From positions 28,582,001 to 28,646,000 of the forward strand of contig OZ024741.1 of NCBI GenBank assembly GCA_964016885.1: DNA of 64,000 nucleotides. The letters are read 5' to 3'. Each line of letters begins with the position of its first letter. The stretch's first letter is position 1. The notes beneath the pieces were generated by a model. It was not told where the DNA came from. It searched no databases and saw only the letters and a program-made list of their open reading frames with translations. Made by a program: the position numbers and the translations under genes. Of the stretch, positions 41,301 through 56,300 are shown piece after piece. Source of the stretch: Eledone cirrhosa. Its lineage: Eukaryota.

Positions 41301-44300
41301 GGTGTCCAACACTCTACCGACACTGCCAACCAAAGTATTGTGTCCAACAATCTACCGACACTGCCAACCCAAGCATAGTGTCCAACACTCTACCGACACT
41401 GCCAACCCAAGCATGGTGTCCAACACTCTACCGACACTGCCAACCCAAGCATGGTGTCCAACACTCTACCGACACTGCCAACCCAAGCATTGTGTCCAAC
41501 ACTCTACCGACACTGCCAACCCAAGCATGGTGTCCAACACTCTACCGACACTGCCAACCCAAGCATGGTGTCCAACACTCTACCGACACTGCCAACCCAA
41601 GCATGGTGTCCAACACTCTACCGACACTGCCAACCAAAGTATTGTGTCCAACACTCTACCGACACTGCCAACCCAAGCATGGTGTCCAACACTCTAACGA
41701 CACTGCCAACCCAAGCATGTGGTCCAACACTCTACCGACACTGCCAACCCAAACATGGGGTCCAACACTCTACCGACACTGCCAACCCAAGCATGGTGTC
41801 CAAAAGTCTACCGACACTGCCAACCCAAGTATAGTGTCCAACACTCTACCGACACTGCCAACCCAAGCATGGTGTCCAACACTCTACCGACACTGCCAAC
41901 CCAAGCATGGTGTCCAACACTCTACCGACACTGCCAACCCAAGCATGGTGTCCCACACTCTACCGACACTGCCAACCCAAGCATGGTGTCCAACACTCTA
42001 CCGACACTGCCAACCCAAGCATGGTGTCCAACACTCTACCGACACTGCCAACCCAAGCATGGTGTCCAACACTCTACCGACACTGCCAACCCAAGCATGG
42101 TGTCCAACACTCTACCGACACAGCCAACCCAAGCATAGTGTCCAACACTCTACCGACACTGCCAACCCAAGCATGGTCTCCAACACTCTACCGACACTGC
42201 CAACCCAAGCATAGTGTCCAACACTCTACCGACACTGCCAACCCAAGCATGGTGTCCAACACTCTACCGACACTGCCAACCCAAGCATGGTGTCCAACAC
42301 TCTACCGACACAGCCAACCCAAGAATAGTGTCCAACACTCTACCGACACTGCCAACCCAAGCATGGTGTCCAACACTCTACCGACACAGCCAACCCAAGC
42401 ATAGTGTCCAACACTCTACCGACACTGCCAACCCAAGCATGGTGTCCAACACTCTACCGACACTGCCAACCCAAGCATGGTGTCCAACACTCTACCGACA
42501 CTGCCAACCCAAGCATGATGTCCAACACTCTACCGACACTGCCAACCCAAGCATGGTGTCCAACACTCTACCGACACAACCAACCCAAGCATAGTGTCCA
42601 ACACTCTAACGACACTGCCAACCCAAGCATGGTGTCCAACAGTCTACCGACACTGCCAACCCAAGTATAGTGTCCAACACTCTACCGACACTGCCAACCC
42701 AAGCATGGTGTCCAACACTCTACCGACACTGCCAACCCAAGCATGGTGTCCAACACTCTACCGACATTACCAACCCAAGCATGGTGTCCAACACTCTACC
42801 GACACTGCCAACCCAAGCATGGTGTCCAACACTCTACCGACACAGCCAACCCAAGCATAGTGTCCAACACTCTACCGACACTGCCAACCCAAGCATGGTG
42901 TCCAACAGTCTACCGACACTGCCAACCCAAGCATGGTGTCCAACACTCTACCGACACTGCCAACCCAAGCATGGTGTCCAACACTCTACCGACACTGCCA
43001 ATCCAAGCATGTGGTCCAACACTCTACCGACACTGCCAACCCAAGTATGGTGTCCAACACTCTACCGACACTGCCAACCCAAGCATGGTGTCCAACACTC
43101 TACCGACAGTGCCAACCCAAGCATGGTGTCGAACAGTCTACCGACACTGCCAACCCAAGCATGGTGTCCAACACTCTACCGACACTGCCAACCCAAGCAT
43201 GGTGTCCAACACTCTACCGACACTGCCAACCCAAGCATGGTGTGCAACACTCTACCGACACAGCCAACCCAAGCATAGTGTCCAACACTCTACCGACACT
43301 GCCAACCCAAGCATGGTGTCCAACACTCTACCGACACTGCCAACCCAAGCATGGTGTCCAACACTCTACCGACACTGCCAACCCAAGCATGGTGTCCAAC
43401 ACTCTACCGACACTGCCAACCCAAGCATGGTGTCCAACACTCTACCGACACTGCCAACCCAAGCATGGTGTCCAACACTCTACCGACACTGCCAACCCAA
43501 GCATGGTGTCCAACACTCTACCGACACTGCCAACCCAAGCATGGTGTCCAACACTCTACCGACACTGCCAACCCAAGCATGGTGTCCAACACTCTACCGA
43601 CACTGCCAACCCAAGCATGGTGTCCAACACTCTACCGACACTGCCAACCAAAGTATTGTGTCCAACAATCTACCGACACTGCCAACCCAAGCATAGTGTC
43701 CAACACTCTACCGACACTGCCAACCCAAGCATGGTGTCCAACACTCTACCGACACTGCCAACCCAAGCATGGTGTCCAACACTCTACCGACACTGCCAAC
43801 CCAAGCATTGTGTCCAACACTCTACCGACACTGCCAACCCAAGCATGGTGTCCAACACTCTACCGACACTGCCAACCCAAGCATGGTGTCCAACACTCTA
43901 CCGACACTGCCAACCCAAGCATGGTGTCCAACACTCTACCGACACTGCCAACCAAAGTATTGTGTCCAACACTCTACCGACACTGCCAACCCAAGCATGG
44001 TGTCCAACACTCTAACGACACTGCCAACCCAAGCATGTGGTCCAACACTCTACCGACACTGCCAACCCAAACATGGGGTCCAACACTCTACCGACACTGC
44101 CAACCCAAGCATGGTGTCCAAAAGTCTACCGACACTGCCAACCCAAGTATAGTGTCCAACACTCTACCGACACTGCCAACCCAAGCATGGTGTCCTACAC
44201 TCTACCGACACTGCCAACCCAAGCATGGTGTCCAACACTCTACCGACACTGCCAACCCAAGCATGGTGTCCCACACTCTACCGACACTGCCAACCCAAGC

Positions 44301-47300
44301 ATGGTGTCCAACACTCTACCGACACTGCCAACCCAAGCATGGTGTCCAACACTCTACCGACACTGCCAACCCAAGCATGGTGTCCAACACTCTACCGACA
44401 CTGCCAACCCAAGCATGGTGTCCAACACTCTACCGACACAGCCAACCCAAGCATAGTGTCCAACACTCTACCGACACTGCCAACCCAAGCATGGTCTCCA
44501 ACACTCTACCGACACTGCCAACCCAAGCATAGTGTCCAACACTCTACCGACACTGCCAACCCAAGCATGGTGTCCAACACTCTACCGACACTGCCAACCC
44601 AAGCATGGTGTCCAACACTCTACCGACACAGCCAACCCAAGAATAGTATCCAACACTCTACCGACACTGCCAACCCAAGCATGGTGTCCAACACTCTACC
44701 GACACAGCCAACCCAAGCATAGTGTCCAACACTCTACCGACACTGCCAACCCAAGCATGGTGTCCAACACTCTACCGACACTGCCAACCCAAGCATGGTG
44801 TCCAACACTCTACCGACACTGCCAACCCAAGCATGATGTCCAACACTCTACCGACACTGCCAACCCAAGCATGGTGTCCAACACTCTACCGACACAACCA
44901 ACCCAAGCATAGTGTCCAACACTCTAACGACACTGCCAACCCAAGCATGGTGTCCAACACTCTACCGACACTGCCAACCCAAGCATGATGTCCAACACTC
45001 TACCGACACTGCCAACCCAAGCATGGTGTCCAACACTCTACCGACACAGCCAACCCAAGCATGGTGTCCAACACTCTACCGACACTGCCAACCCAAGCAT
45101 GATGTCCAACACTCTACCGACACTGCCAACCCAAACATGGTGTCCAACAGTCTACCGACACTGCCACCCCAAGCATGGTGTCCAACAGTCTACCGACACT
45201 GCCAACCCAAGCATGGTGTCCAACACTCTACCGACACTGCCAACCCAAGCATGATGTCCAACACTCTACCGACACTGCCAACCCAAGCATGATGTCCAAC
45301 ACTCTACCGACACTGCCAACCCAAGCATGGTGTCCAACAGTCTACCGACACTGCCAACCCAAGCATAGTGTCCAACACTCTACCGACACTGCCAACCCAA
45401 GCATGGTGTCCAACACTCTAACGACACTGCCAACCCAAGCATGTGGTACAACACTCTACCGACACTGCCAACCCAAGCACGGTGTCCAACACTCTACCGA
45501 CACTGCCAACCCAAGCATGGTGTCCAACACTCTACCGACACTGCCAACCCAAGCATGGTGTCCAACACTCTACCGACACTGCCAACCCAAGCATGGTGTC
45601 CAACACTCTACCGACACTGCCAACCCAAGCATGTGGTCCAACACTCTACCGACACTGCCAACCGAAGCATGGTGTCCAACACTCTACCGACACTGCTAAC
45701 CCAAGCATGGTGTTCAACACTCTACCGACACGGCCAACCCAAGTATGGTGTCCAACACTCTACCGACACTGCCAACCGAAGCATGGTGTCCAACACCCTA
45801 CCGACACTGCCAACCCAAGCATGGTGTCCAACACTCTACCGACACTGCCAACCCAAGCATGTGGTCCAACACTCTACCGACACTGCCAACCCAAGTATGG
45901 TGTCCAACACTCTACCGACACTGCCAACCCAAGCATGGTGTCCAACACTCTACCGACACTGCCAACCCAAGCATGGTGTCCAACACTCTACCGACACTGC
46001 CAACCCAAGTATGGTGTCCAACACTCTACCGACACTGCCAACCCAAGCATGGTGTCCAACACCCTACCGACACTGCCAACCCAAGCATGGTGTCCAACAC
46101 TCTACCGACACTGCCAACCCAAGCATGTGGTCCAACACTCTACCGACACTGCCAACCCAAGTATGGTGTCCAACACTCTACCGACACTGCCAACCCAAGC
46201 ATGGTGTCCAACACTCTACCGACACTGCCAACCCAAGCATGGTGTCCAACACTCTACCGACACTGCCAACCCAAGCATGGTGTCCAACACTCTACCGACA
46301 CTGCCAACCCAAGTATGGTGTCCAACACTCTACCGACACTGCCAACCCAAGCATGATGTCCAACACTCTACCGACACTGCCAACCCAAACATGGTGTCCA
46401 ACAGTCTACCGACACTGCCAACCCAAGCATGGTATCCAACACTCTAACGACACTGCCAACCCAAAAATGTGGTCCAACACTCTACCCACACTGCCAACCC
46501 AAGCATGGTGTCCAACACTCTACCGACACTGCCAACCCAAGCATGGTGTCCAACACTCTACCGACACAGCCAACCCAAGCATGGTGTCCAACACTCTACC
46601 GACACTGCCAACCCAAGCATGGTGTCCAACACTCTACCGACACTGCCAACCCAAGCATGGTGTCCAACACTCTACCGACACTGCCAACCCAAGCATGGTG
46701 TCCAACACTCTACCGACACTGCCAACCCAAGCATGATGTCCAACACTCTACCGACACTGCCAACCCAAGCATGTGGTCCAACACTCTACCGACACTGCCA
46801 ACCCAAGCAGGGTGTCCAACACTCTACTGACACTGCCAACCCAAGCATGGTGTCCAACACTCTACCGACACTGCCAACCCAAGTATAGTGTCCAACACTC
46901 TACCGACACTGCCAACCCAAGCATGGTGTCCAACACTCTACCGACACTGCCAACCCAAGCATAGTGTCCAACACTCTACCGACACTGCCAACCCAATCAT
47001 GGTGTCCAACACTCTACCGACACTGCCAACCCAAGTATAGTGTCCAACACTCTACCGACACTGCCAACCCAAGCATGGTGTCCAACACTCTACCGACACT
47101 GCCAACCCAAGTACAGTGTCCAACACTCTACCGACACTGCCAACCAAAGTATGGTGTCCAACACTCTACCGACACTGCCAACCCAAGCATAGTGTCCAAC
47201 ACTCTACCGACACTGCCAACCCAAGCATGGTGTCCAACACTCTACCGACACTGCCAACCAAAGTATGGTGTCCAACACTCTACCGACACTGCCAACCCAA

Positions 47301-50300
47301 GCATAGTGTCCAACACTCTACCGACACTGCCAACCCAAGCATGGTGTCCAACACTCTACCGACACTGCCAACCCAAGCATGGTGTCCAACACTCTACCGA
47401 CACTGCCAACCCAAGCATGGTGTCCAACACTCTACCGACACTGCCAACCAAAGTATGGTGTCCAACACTGTACAGACACTGCCAACCCAAGCATGGTGTC
47501 CAACACTCTACCGACACTGCCAACCAAAGTATGGTGTCCAACACTCTACCGACACTGCCAACCCAAGCATGGTGTCCAACACTCTACCGACACTGCCAAC
47601 CAAAGTATGGTGTCCAACACTCTACCGACACTGCCAACCCAAGCATGGTGTCCAACACTCTACCGACACTGCCAACCAAAGTATTGTGTCCAACACTCTA
47701 CGGACACTGCCAACCCAAGCATAGTGTCCAACACTCTACCGACACTGCCAACCCAAGCATGGTGTCCAACACTCTACCGACACTGCCAACCCAAGCATAG
47801 TGTCCAACACTCTACCGACACTGCCAACCCAAGCATAGTGTCCAACACTCTACCGACACTGCCAACCCAAGCATGGTGTCCAACACTCTACCGACACTGC
47901 CAAACCAAGCATGGTGTCCAACACTCTACCGACACTGCCAACCCAAGCATGGTGTCCAACAGTCTACCGACACTGCCAACCCAAGCATGGTGTCCAACAC
48001 TCTACCGACGCTGCCAACCCAAGCATGGTGTCCAACACTCTACCGACACTGCCAATCCAAGCATGTGGTCCAACACTCTACCGACACTGCCAACCCAAGT
48101 ATGGTGTCCAACACTCTACCGACACTGCCAACCCAAGCATGGTGTCCAACACTCTACCGACACTGCCAACCCAAGCATGGTGTCCAACAGTCTACCGACA
48201 CTGCCAACCCAAGTATAGTGTCCAACACTCTACCGACACTGCCAACCCAAGCATGGTGTCCAACACTCTACCGACACTGCCAACCCAAGCATGGTGTCCA
48301 ACACTCTACCGACACTGCCAACCCAAGCATGGTGTCCAACACTCTACCGACACTGCCAACCCAAGCATGGTGTCCAACACTCTACCGACACTGCCAACCC
48401 AAGCATGGTGTTCAATACTCTACCGACACAGCCAACCCAAGCATAGTGTCCAACACTCTACCGACACTGCCAACCCCAGCATGGTGTCCAACAGTCTACC
48501 GACACAGCCAACCCAAGCATGGTGTCCAACACTCTACCGACACTGCCAACCCAAGCATGGTGTCCAACACTCTACCGACACTGCCAATCCAAGCATGTGG
48601 TCCAACACTCTACCGACACTGCCAACCCAAGTATGGTGTCCAACACTCTACCGACACTGCCAACCCAAGCATGGTGTCCAACACTCTACCGACACTGCCA
48701 ACCCAAGCATGGTGTCCAACAGTCTACCGACACTGCCAACCCAAGTATAGTGTCCAACACTCTACCGACACTGCCAACCCAAGCATGGTGTCCAACACTC
48801 TACCGACACTGCCAACCCAAGCATGGTGTCCAACACTCTACCGACATTACCAACCCAAGCATGGTGTCCAACACTCTACCGACACTGCCAACCCAAGCAT
48901 GGTGTCCAACACTCTACCGACACAGCCAACCCAAGCATAGTGTCCAACACTCTACCGACACTGCCAACCCAAGCATGGTGTCCAACAGTCTACCGACACT
49001 GCCAACCCAAGCATGGTGTCCAACACTCTACCGACACTGCCAACCCAAGCATGGTGTCCAACACTCTACCGACACTGCCAATCCAAGCATGTGGTCCAAC
49101 ACTCTACCGACACTGCCAACCCAAGTATGGTGTCCAACACTCTACCGACACTGCCAACCCAAGCATGGTGTCCAACACTCTACCGACAGTGCCAACCCAA
49201 GCATGGTGTCGAACAGTCTACCGACACTGCCAACCCAAGCATGGTGTCCAACACTCTACCGACACTGCCAACCCAAGCATGGTGTCCAACACTCTACCGA
49301 CACTGCCAACCCAAGCATGGTGTGCAACACTCTACCGACACAGCCAACCCAAGCATAGTGTCCAACACTCTACCGACACTGCCAACCCAAGCATGGTGTC
49401 CAACACTCTACCGACACTGCCAACCCAAGCATGGTGTCCAACACTCTACCGACACTGCCAACCCAAGCATGGTGTCCAACACTCTACCGACACTGCCAAC
49501 CCAAGCATGGTGTCCAACACTCTACCGACACTGCCAACCCAAGCATGGTGTCCAACACTCTACCGACACTGCCAACCCAAGCATGGTGTCCAACACTCTA
49601 CCGACACTGCCAACCCAAGCATGGTGTCCAACACTCTACCGACACTGCCAACCCAAGCATGGTGTCCAACACTCTACCGACACTGCCAACCCAAGCATGG
49701 TGTCCAACACTCTACCGACACTGCCAACCAAAGTATTGTGTCCAACAATCTACCGACACTGCCAACCCAAGCATAGTGTCCAACACTCTACCGACACTGC
49801 CAACCCAAGCATGGTGTCCAACACTCTACCGACACTGCCAACCCAAGCATGGTGTCCAACACTCTACCGACACTGCCAACCCAAGCATTGTGTCCAACAC
49901 TCTACCGACACTGCCAACCCAAGCATGGTGTCCAACACTCTACCGACACTGCCAACCCAAGCATGGTGTCCAACACTCTACCGACACTGCCAACCCAAGC
50001 ATGGTGTCCAACACTCTACCGACACTGCCAACCAAAGTATTGTGTCCAACACTCTACCGACACTGCCAACCCAAGCATGGTGTCCAACACTCTAACGACA
50101 CTGCCAACCCAAGCATGTGGTCCAACACTCTACCGACACTGCCAACCCAAACATGGGGTCCAACACTCTACCGACACTGCCAACCCAAGCATGGTGTCCA
50201 AAAGTCTACCGACACTGCCAACCCAAGTATAGTGTCCAACACTCTACCGACACTGCCAACCCAAGCATGGTGTCCAACACTCTACCGACACTGCCAACCC

Positions 50301-53300
50301 AAGCATGGTGTCCAACACTCTACCGACACTGCCAACCCAAGCATGGTGTCCCACACTCTACCGACACTGCCAACCCAAGCATGGTGTCCAACACTCTACC
50401 GACACTGCCAACCCAAGCATGGTGTCCAACACTCTACCGACACTGCCAACCCAAGCATGGTGTCCAACACTCTACCGACACTGCCAACCCAAGCATGGTG
50501 TCCAACACTCTACCGACACAGCCAACCCAAGCATAGTGTCCAACACTCTACCGACACTGCCAACCCAAGCATGGTCTCCAACACTCTACCGACACTGCCA
50601 ACCCAAGCATAGTGTCCAACACTCTACCGACACTGCCAACCCAAGCATGGTGTCCAACACTCTACCGACACTGCCAACCCAAGCATGGTGTCCAACACTC
50701 TACCGACACAGCCAACCCAAGAATAGTGTCCAACACTCTACCGACACTGCCAACCCAAGCATGGTGTCCAACACTCTACCGACACAGCCAACCCAAGCAT
50801 AGTGTCCAACACTCTACCGACACTGCCAACCCAAGCATGATGTCCAACACTCTACCGACACTGCCAACCCAAGCATGGTGTCCAACACTCTACCGACACA
50901 GCCAACCCAAGCATGGTGTCCAACACTCTACCGACACTGCCAACCCAAGCATGATGTCCAACACTCTACCGACACTGCCAACCCAAACATGGTGTCCAAC
51001 AGTCTACCGACACTGCCACCCCAAGCATGGTGTCCAACAGTCTACCGACACTGCCAACCCAAGCATGGTGTCCAACACTCTACCGACACTGCCAACCCAA
51101 GCATGATGTCCAACACTCTACCGACACTGCCAACCCAAGCATGATGTCCAACACTCTACCGACACTGCCAACCCAAGCATGGTGTCCAACAGTCTACCGA
51201 CACTGCCAACCCAAGCATAGTGTCCAACACTCTACCGACACTGCCAACCCAAGCATGGTGTCCAACACTCTAACGACACTGCCAACCCAAGCATGTGGTA
51301 CAACACTCTACCGACACTGCCAACCCAAGCACGGTGTCCAACACTCTACCGACACTGCCAACCCAAGCATGGTGTCCAACACTCTACCGACACTGCCAAC
51401 CCAAGCATGGTGTCCAACACTCTACCGACACTGCCAACCCAAGCATGGTGTCCAACACTCTACCGACACTGCCAACCCAAGCATGTGGTCCAACACTCTA
51501 CCGACACTGCCAACCGAAGCATGGTGTCCAACACTCTACCGACACTGCTAACCCAAGCATGGTGTTCAACACTCTACCGACACGGCCAACCCAAGTATGG
51601 TGTCCAACACTCTACCGACACTGCCAACCGAAGCATGGTGTCCAACACCCTACCGACACTGCCAACCCAAGCATGGTGTCCAACACTCTACCGACACTGC
51701 CAACCCAAGCATGTGGTCCAACACTCTACCGACACTGCCAACCCAAGTATGGTGTCCAACACTCTACCGACACTGCCAACCCAAGCATGGTGTCCAACAC
51801 TCTACCGACACTGCCAACCCAAGCATGGTGTCCAACACTCTACCGACACTGCCAACCCAAGTATGGTGTCCAACACTCTACCGACACTGCCAACCCAAGC
51901 ATGGTGTCCAACACCCTACCGACACTGCCAACCCAAGCATGGTGTCCAACACTCTACCGACACTGCCAACCCAAGCATGTGGTCCAACACTCTACCGACA
52001 CTGCCAACCCAAGTATGGTGTCCAACACTCTACCGACACTGCCAACCCAAGCATGGTGTCCAACACTCTACCGACACTGCCAACCCAAGCATGGTGTCCA
52101 ACACTCTACCGACACTGCCAACCCAAGCATGGTGTCCAACACTCTACCGACACTGCCAACCCAAGTATGGTGTCCAACACTCTACCGACACTGCCAACCC
52201 AAGCATGATGTCCAACACTCTACCGACACTGCCAACCCAAACATGGTGTCCAACAGTCTACCGACACTGCCAACCCAAGCATGGTATCCAACACTCTAAC
52301 GACACTGCCAACCCAAAAATGTGGTCCAACACTCTACCCACACTGCCAACCCAAGCATGGTGTCCAACACTCTACCGACACTGCCAACCCAAGCATGGTG
52401 TCCAACACTCTACCGACACAGCCAACCCAAGCATGGTGTCCAACACTCTACCGACACTGCCAACCCAAGCATGGTGTCCAACACTCTACCGACACTGCCA
52501 ACCCAAGCATGGTGTCCAACACTCTACCGACACTGCCAACCCAAGCATGGTGTCCAACACTCTACCGACACTGCCAACCCAAGCATGATGTCCAACACTC
52601 TACCGACACTGCCAACCCAAGCATGTGGTCCAACACTCTACCGACACTGCCAACCCAAGCAGGGTGTCCAACACTCTACTGACACTGCCAACCCAAGCAT
52701 GGTGTCCAACACTCTACCGACACTGCCAACCCAAGTATAGTGTCCAACACTCTACCGACACTGCCAACCCAAGCATGGTGTCCAACACTCTACCGACACT
52801 GCCAACCCAAGCATAGTGTCCAACACTCTACCGACACTGCCAACCCAATCATGGTGTCCAACACTCTACCGACACTGCCAACCCAAGTATAGTGTCCAAC
52901 ACTCTACCGACACTGCCAACCCAAGCATGGTGTCCAACACTCTACCGACACTGCCAACCCAAGTACAGTGTCCAACACTCTACCGACACTGCCAACCAAA
53001 GTATGGTGTCCAACACTCTACCGACACTGCCAACCCAAGCATAGTGTCCAACACTCTACCGACACTGCCAACCCAAGCATGGTGTCCAACACTCTACCGA
53101 CACTGCCAACCAAAGTATGGTGTCCAACACTCTACCGACACTGCCAACCCAAGCATAGTGTCCAACACTCTACCGACACTGCCAACCCAAGCATGGTGTC
53201 CAACACTCTACCGACACTGCCAACCCAAGCATGGTGTCCAACACTCTACCGACACTGCCAACCCAAGCATGGTGTCCAACACTCTACCGACACTGCCAAC

Positions 53301-56300
53301 CAAAGTATGGTGTCCAACACTGTACAGACACTGCCAACCCAAGCATGGTGTCCAACACTCTACCGACACTGCCAACCCAAGCATGGTGTCCAACACTCTA
53401 CCGACACTGCCAACCAAAGTATGGTGTCCAACACTCTACCGACACTGCCAACCCAAGCATGGTGTCCAACACTCTACCGACACTGCCAACCAAAGTATGG
53501 TGTCCAACACTCTACCGACACTGCCAACCCAAGCATGGTGTCCAACACTCTACCGACACTGCCAACCAAAGTATTGTGTCCAACACTCTACGGACACTGC
53601 CAACCCAAGCATAGTGTCCAACACTCTACCGACACTGCCAACCCAAGCATGGTGTCCAACACTCTACCGACACTGCCAACCCAAGCATAGTGTCCAACAC
53701 TCTACCGACACTGCCAACCCAATCATGGTGTCCAACACTCTACCGACACTGCCAACCCAAGTATAGTGTCCAACACTCTACCGACACTGCCAACCCAAGC
53801 ATGGTGTCCAACACTCTACCGACACTGCCAACCCAAGTACAGTGTCCAACACTCTACCGACACTGCCAACCAAAGTATGGTGTCCAACACTCTACCGACA
53901 CTGCCAACCCAAGCATAGTGTCCAACACTCTACCGACACTGCCAACCCAAGCATGGTGTCCAACACTCTACCGACACTGCCAACCAAAGTATGGTGTCCA
54001 ACACTCTACCGACACTGCCAACCCAAGCATAGTGTCCAACACTCTACCGACACTGCCAACCCAAGCATGGTGTCCAACACTCTACCGACACTGCCAACCC
54101 AAGCATGGTGTCCAACACTCTACCGACACTGCCAACCCAAGCATGGTGTCCAACACTCTACCGACACTGCCAACCAAAGTATGGTGTCCAACACTGTACA
54201 GACACTGCCAACCCAAGCATGGTGTCCAACACTCTACCGACACTGCCAACCAAAGTATGGTGTCCAACACTCTACCGACACTGCCAACCCAAGCATGGTG
54301 TCCAACACTCTACCGACACTGCCAACCAAAGTATGGTGTCCAACACTCTACCGACACTGCCAACCCAAGCATGGTGTCCAACACTCTACCGACACTGCCA
54401 ACCAAAGTATTGTGTCCAACACTCTACGGACACTGCCAACCCAAGCATAGTGTCCAACACTCTACCGACACTGCCAACCCAAGCATGGTGTCCAACACTC
54501 TACCGACACTGCCAACCCAAGCATAGTGTCCAACACTCTACCGACACTGCCAACCCAAGCATAGTGTCCAACACTCTACCGACACTGCCAACCCAAGCAT
54601 GGTGTCCAACACTCTACCGACACTGCCAACCCAAGCATGGTGTCCAACACTCTACCGACACTGCCAACCCAAGCATGGTGTCCAACACTCTACCGACACT
54701 GCCAACCCAAGCATGGTGTCCAACACTCTACCGACACTGCCAACCCAAGCATGGTGTCCAACACTCTACCGACACTGCCAACCCAAGCATGGTGTCCAAC
54801 ACTCTACCGACACTGCCAACCCAAGCATGGTGTCCAACACTCTACCGACACTGCCAACTCAAGCATGGTGTCCAACACTCTACCGACACTGCCAACCAAA
54901 GTATTGTGTCCAACACTCTACGGACACTGCCAACCCAAGCATAGTGTCCAACACTCTACCGACACTGCCAACCCAAGCATGGTGTCCAACACTCTACCGA
55001 CACAGCCAACCCAAGCATGGTGTCCAACACTCTACCGACACTGCCAACCAAAGTATGGTGTCCAACACTCTACCGACACTGCCAACCCAAGCATGGTGTC
55101 CAACACTCTACCGACACTGCCAACCAAAGTATGGTGTCCAACACTCTACCGACACTGCCAACCCAAGCATGGTGTCCAACACTCTACCGACACTGCCAAC
55201 CAAAGTATTGTGTCCAACACTCTACGGACACTGCCAACCCAAGCATAGTGTCCAACACTCTACCGACACTGCCAACCCAAGCATGGTGTCCAACACTCTA
55301 CCGACACTGCCAACCCAAGCATGGTGTCCAACACTCTACCGACACTGCCAACCCAAGCATAGTGTCCAACACTCTACCGACACTGCCAACCCAAGCATGG
55401 TGTCCAACACTCTACCGACACTGCCAACCCAAGCATGGTGTTCAACACTCTACCGACACTGCCAACCCAAGCATGGTGTCCAACACTCTACCGACACTGC
55501 CAACCCAAGCATGGTGTCCAACACTCTACCGACACTGCCAACCCAAGCATGGTGTCCAACACTCTACCGACACTGCCAACCCAAGCATGGTGTCCAACAC
55601 TCTACCGACACTGCCAACCCAAGCATGGTGTCCAACACTCTACCGACACTGCCAACCCAAGCATGGTGTCCAACACTCTACCGACACTGCCAACCCAAGC
55701 ATGGTGTCCAACACTCTACCGACACTGCCAACCAAAGTATTGTGTCCAACACTCTACGGACACTGCCAACCCAAGCATAGTGTCCAACACTCTACCGACA
55801 CTGCCAACCCAAGCATGGTGTCCAACACTCTACCGACACTGCCAACCCAAGCATAGTGTCCAACACTCTACCGACACTGCCAACCCAAGCATGGTGTCCA
55901 ACACTCTACCGACACTGCCAACCCAAGCATGGTGTCCAACACTCTACCGACACTGCCAACCCAAGCATGGTGTCCAACACTCTACCGACACTGCCAACCC
56001 AAGCATGGTGTCCAACACTCTACCGACACTGCCAACCCAAGCATGGTGTCCAACACTCTAACGACACTGCCAACCCAAGCATGTGGTCCAACACTCTACC
56101 GACACTGCCAACCCAAGCATGGTGTGCAACACTCTACCGACACTGCCAACCCAAGCATGGTGTTCAACACTCTACCGACACTGCCAACCCAAGTATGGTG
56201 TCCAACACTCTACCGACACTGCCAACCCAAGCATGGTGTCCAACACCCTACCAACACTGCCAACCCAAGCATGGTGTCCAACACTCTACCGACACTGCCA

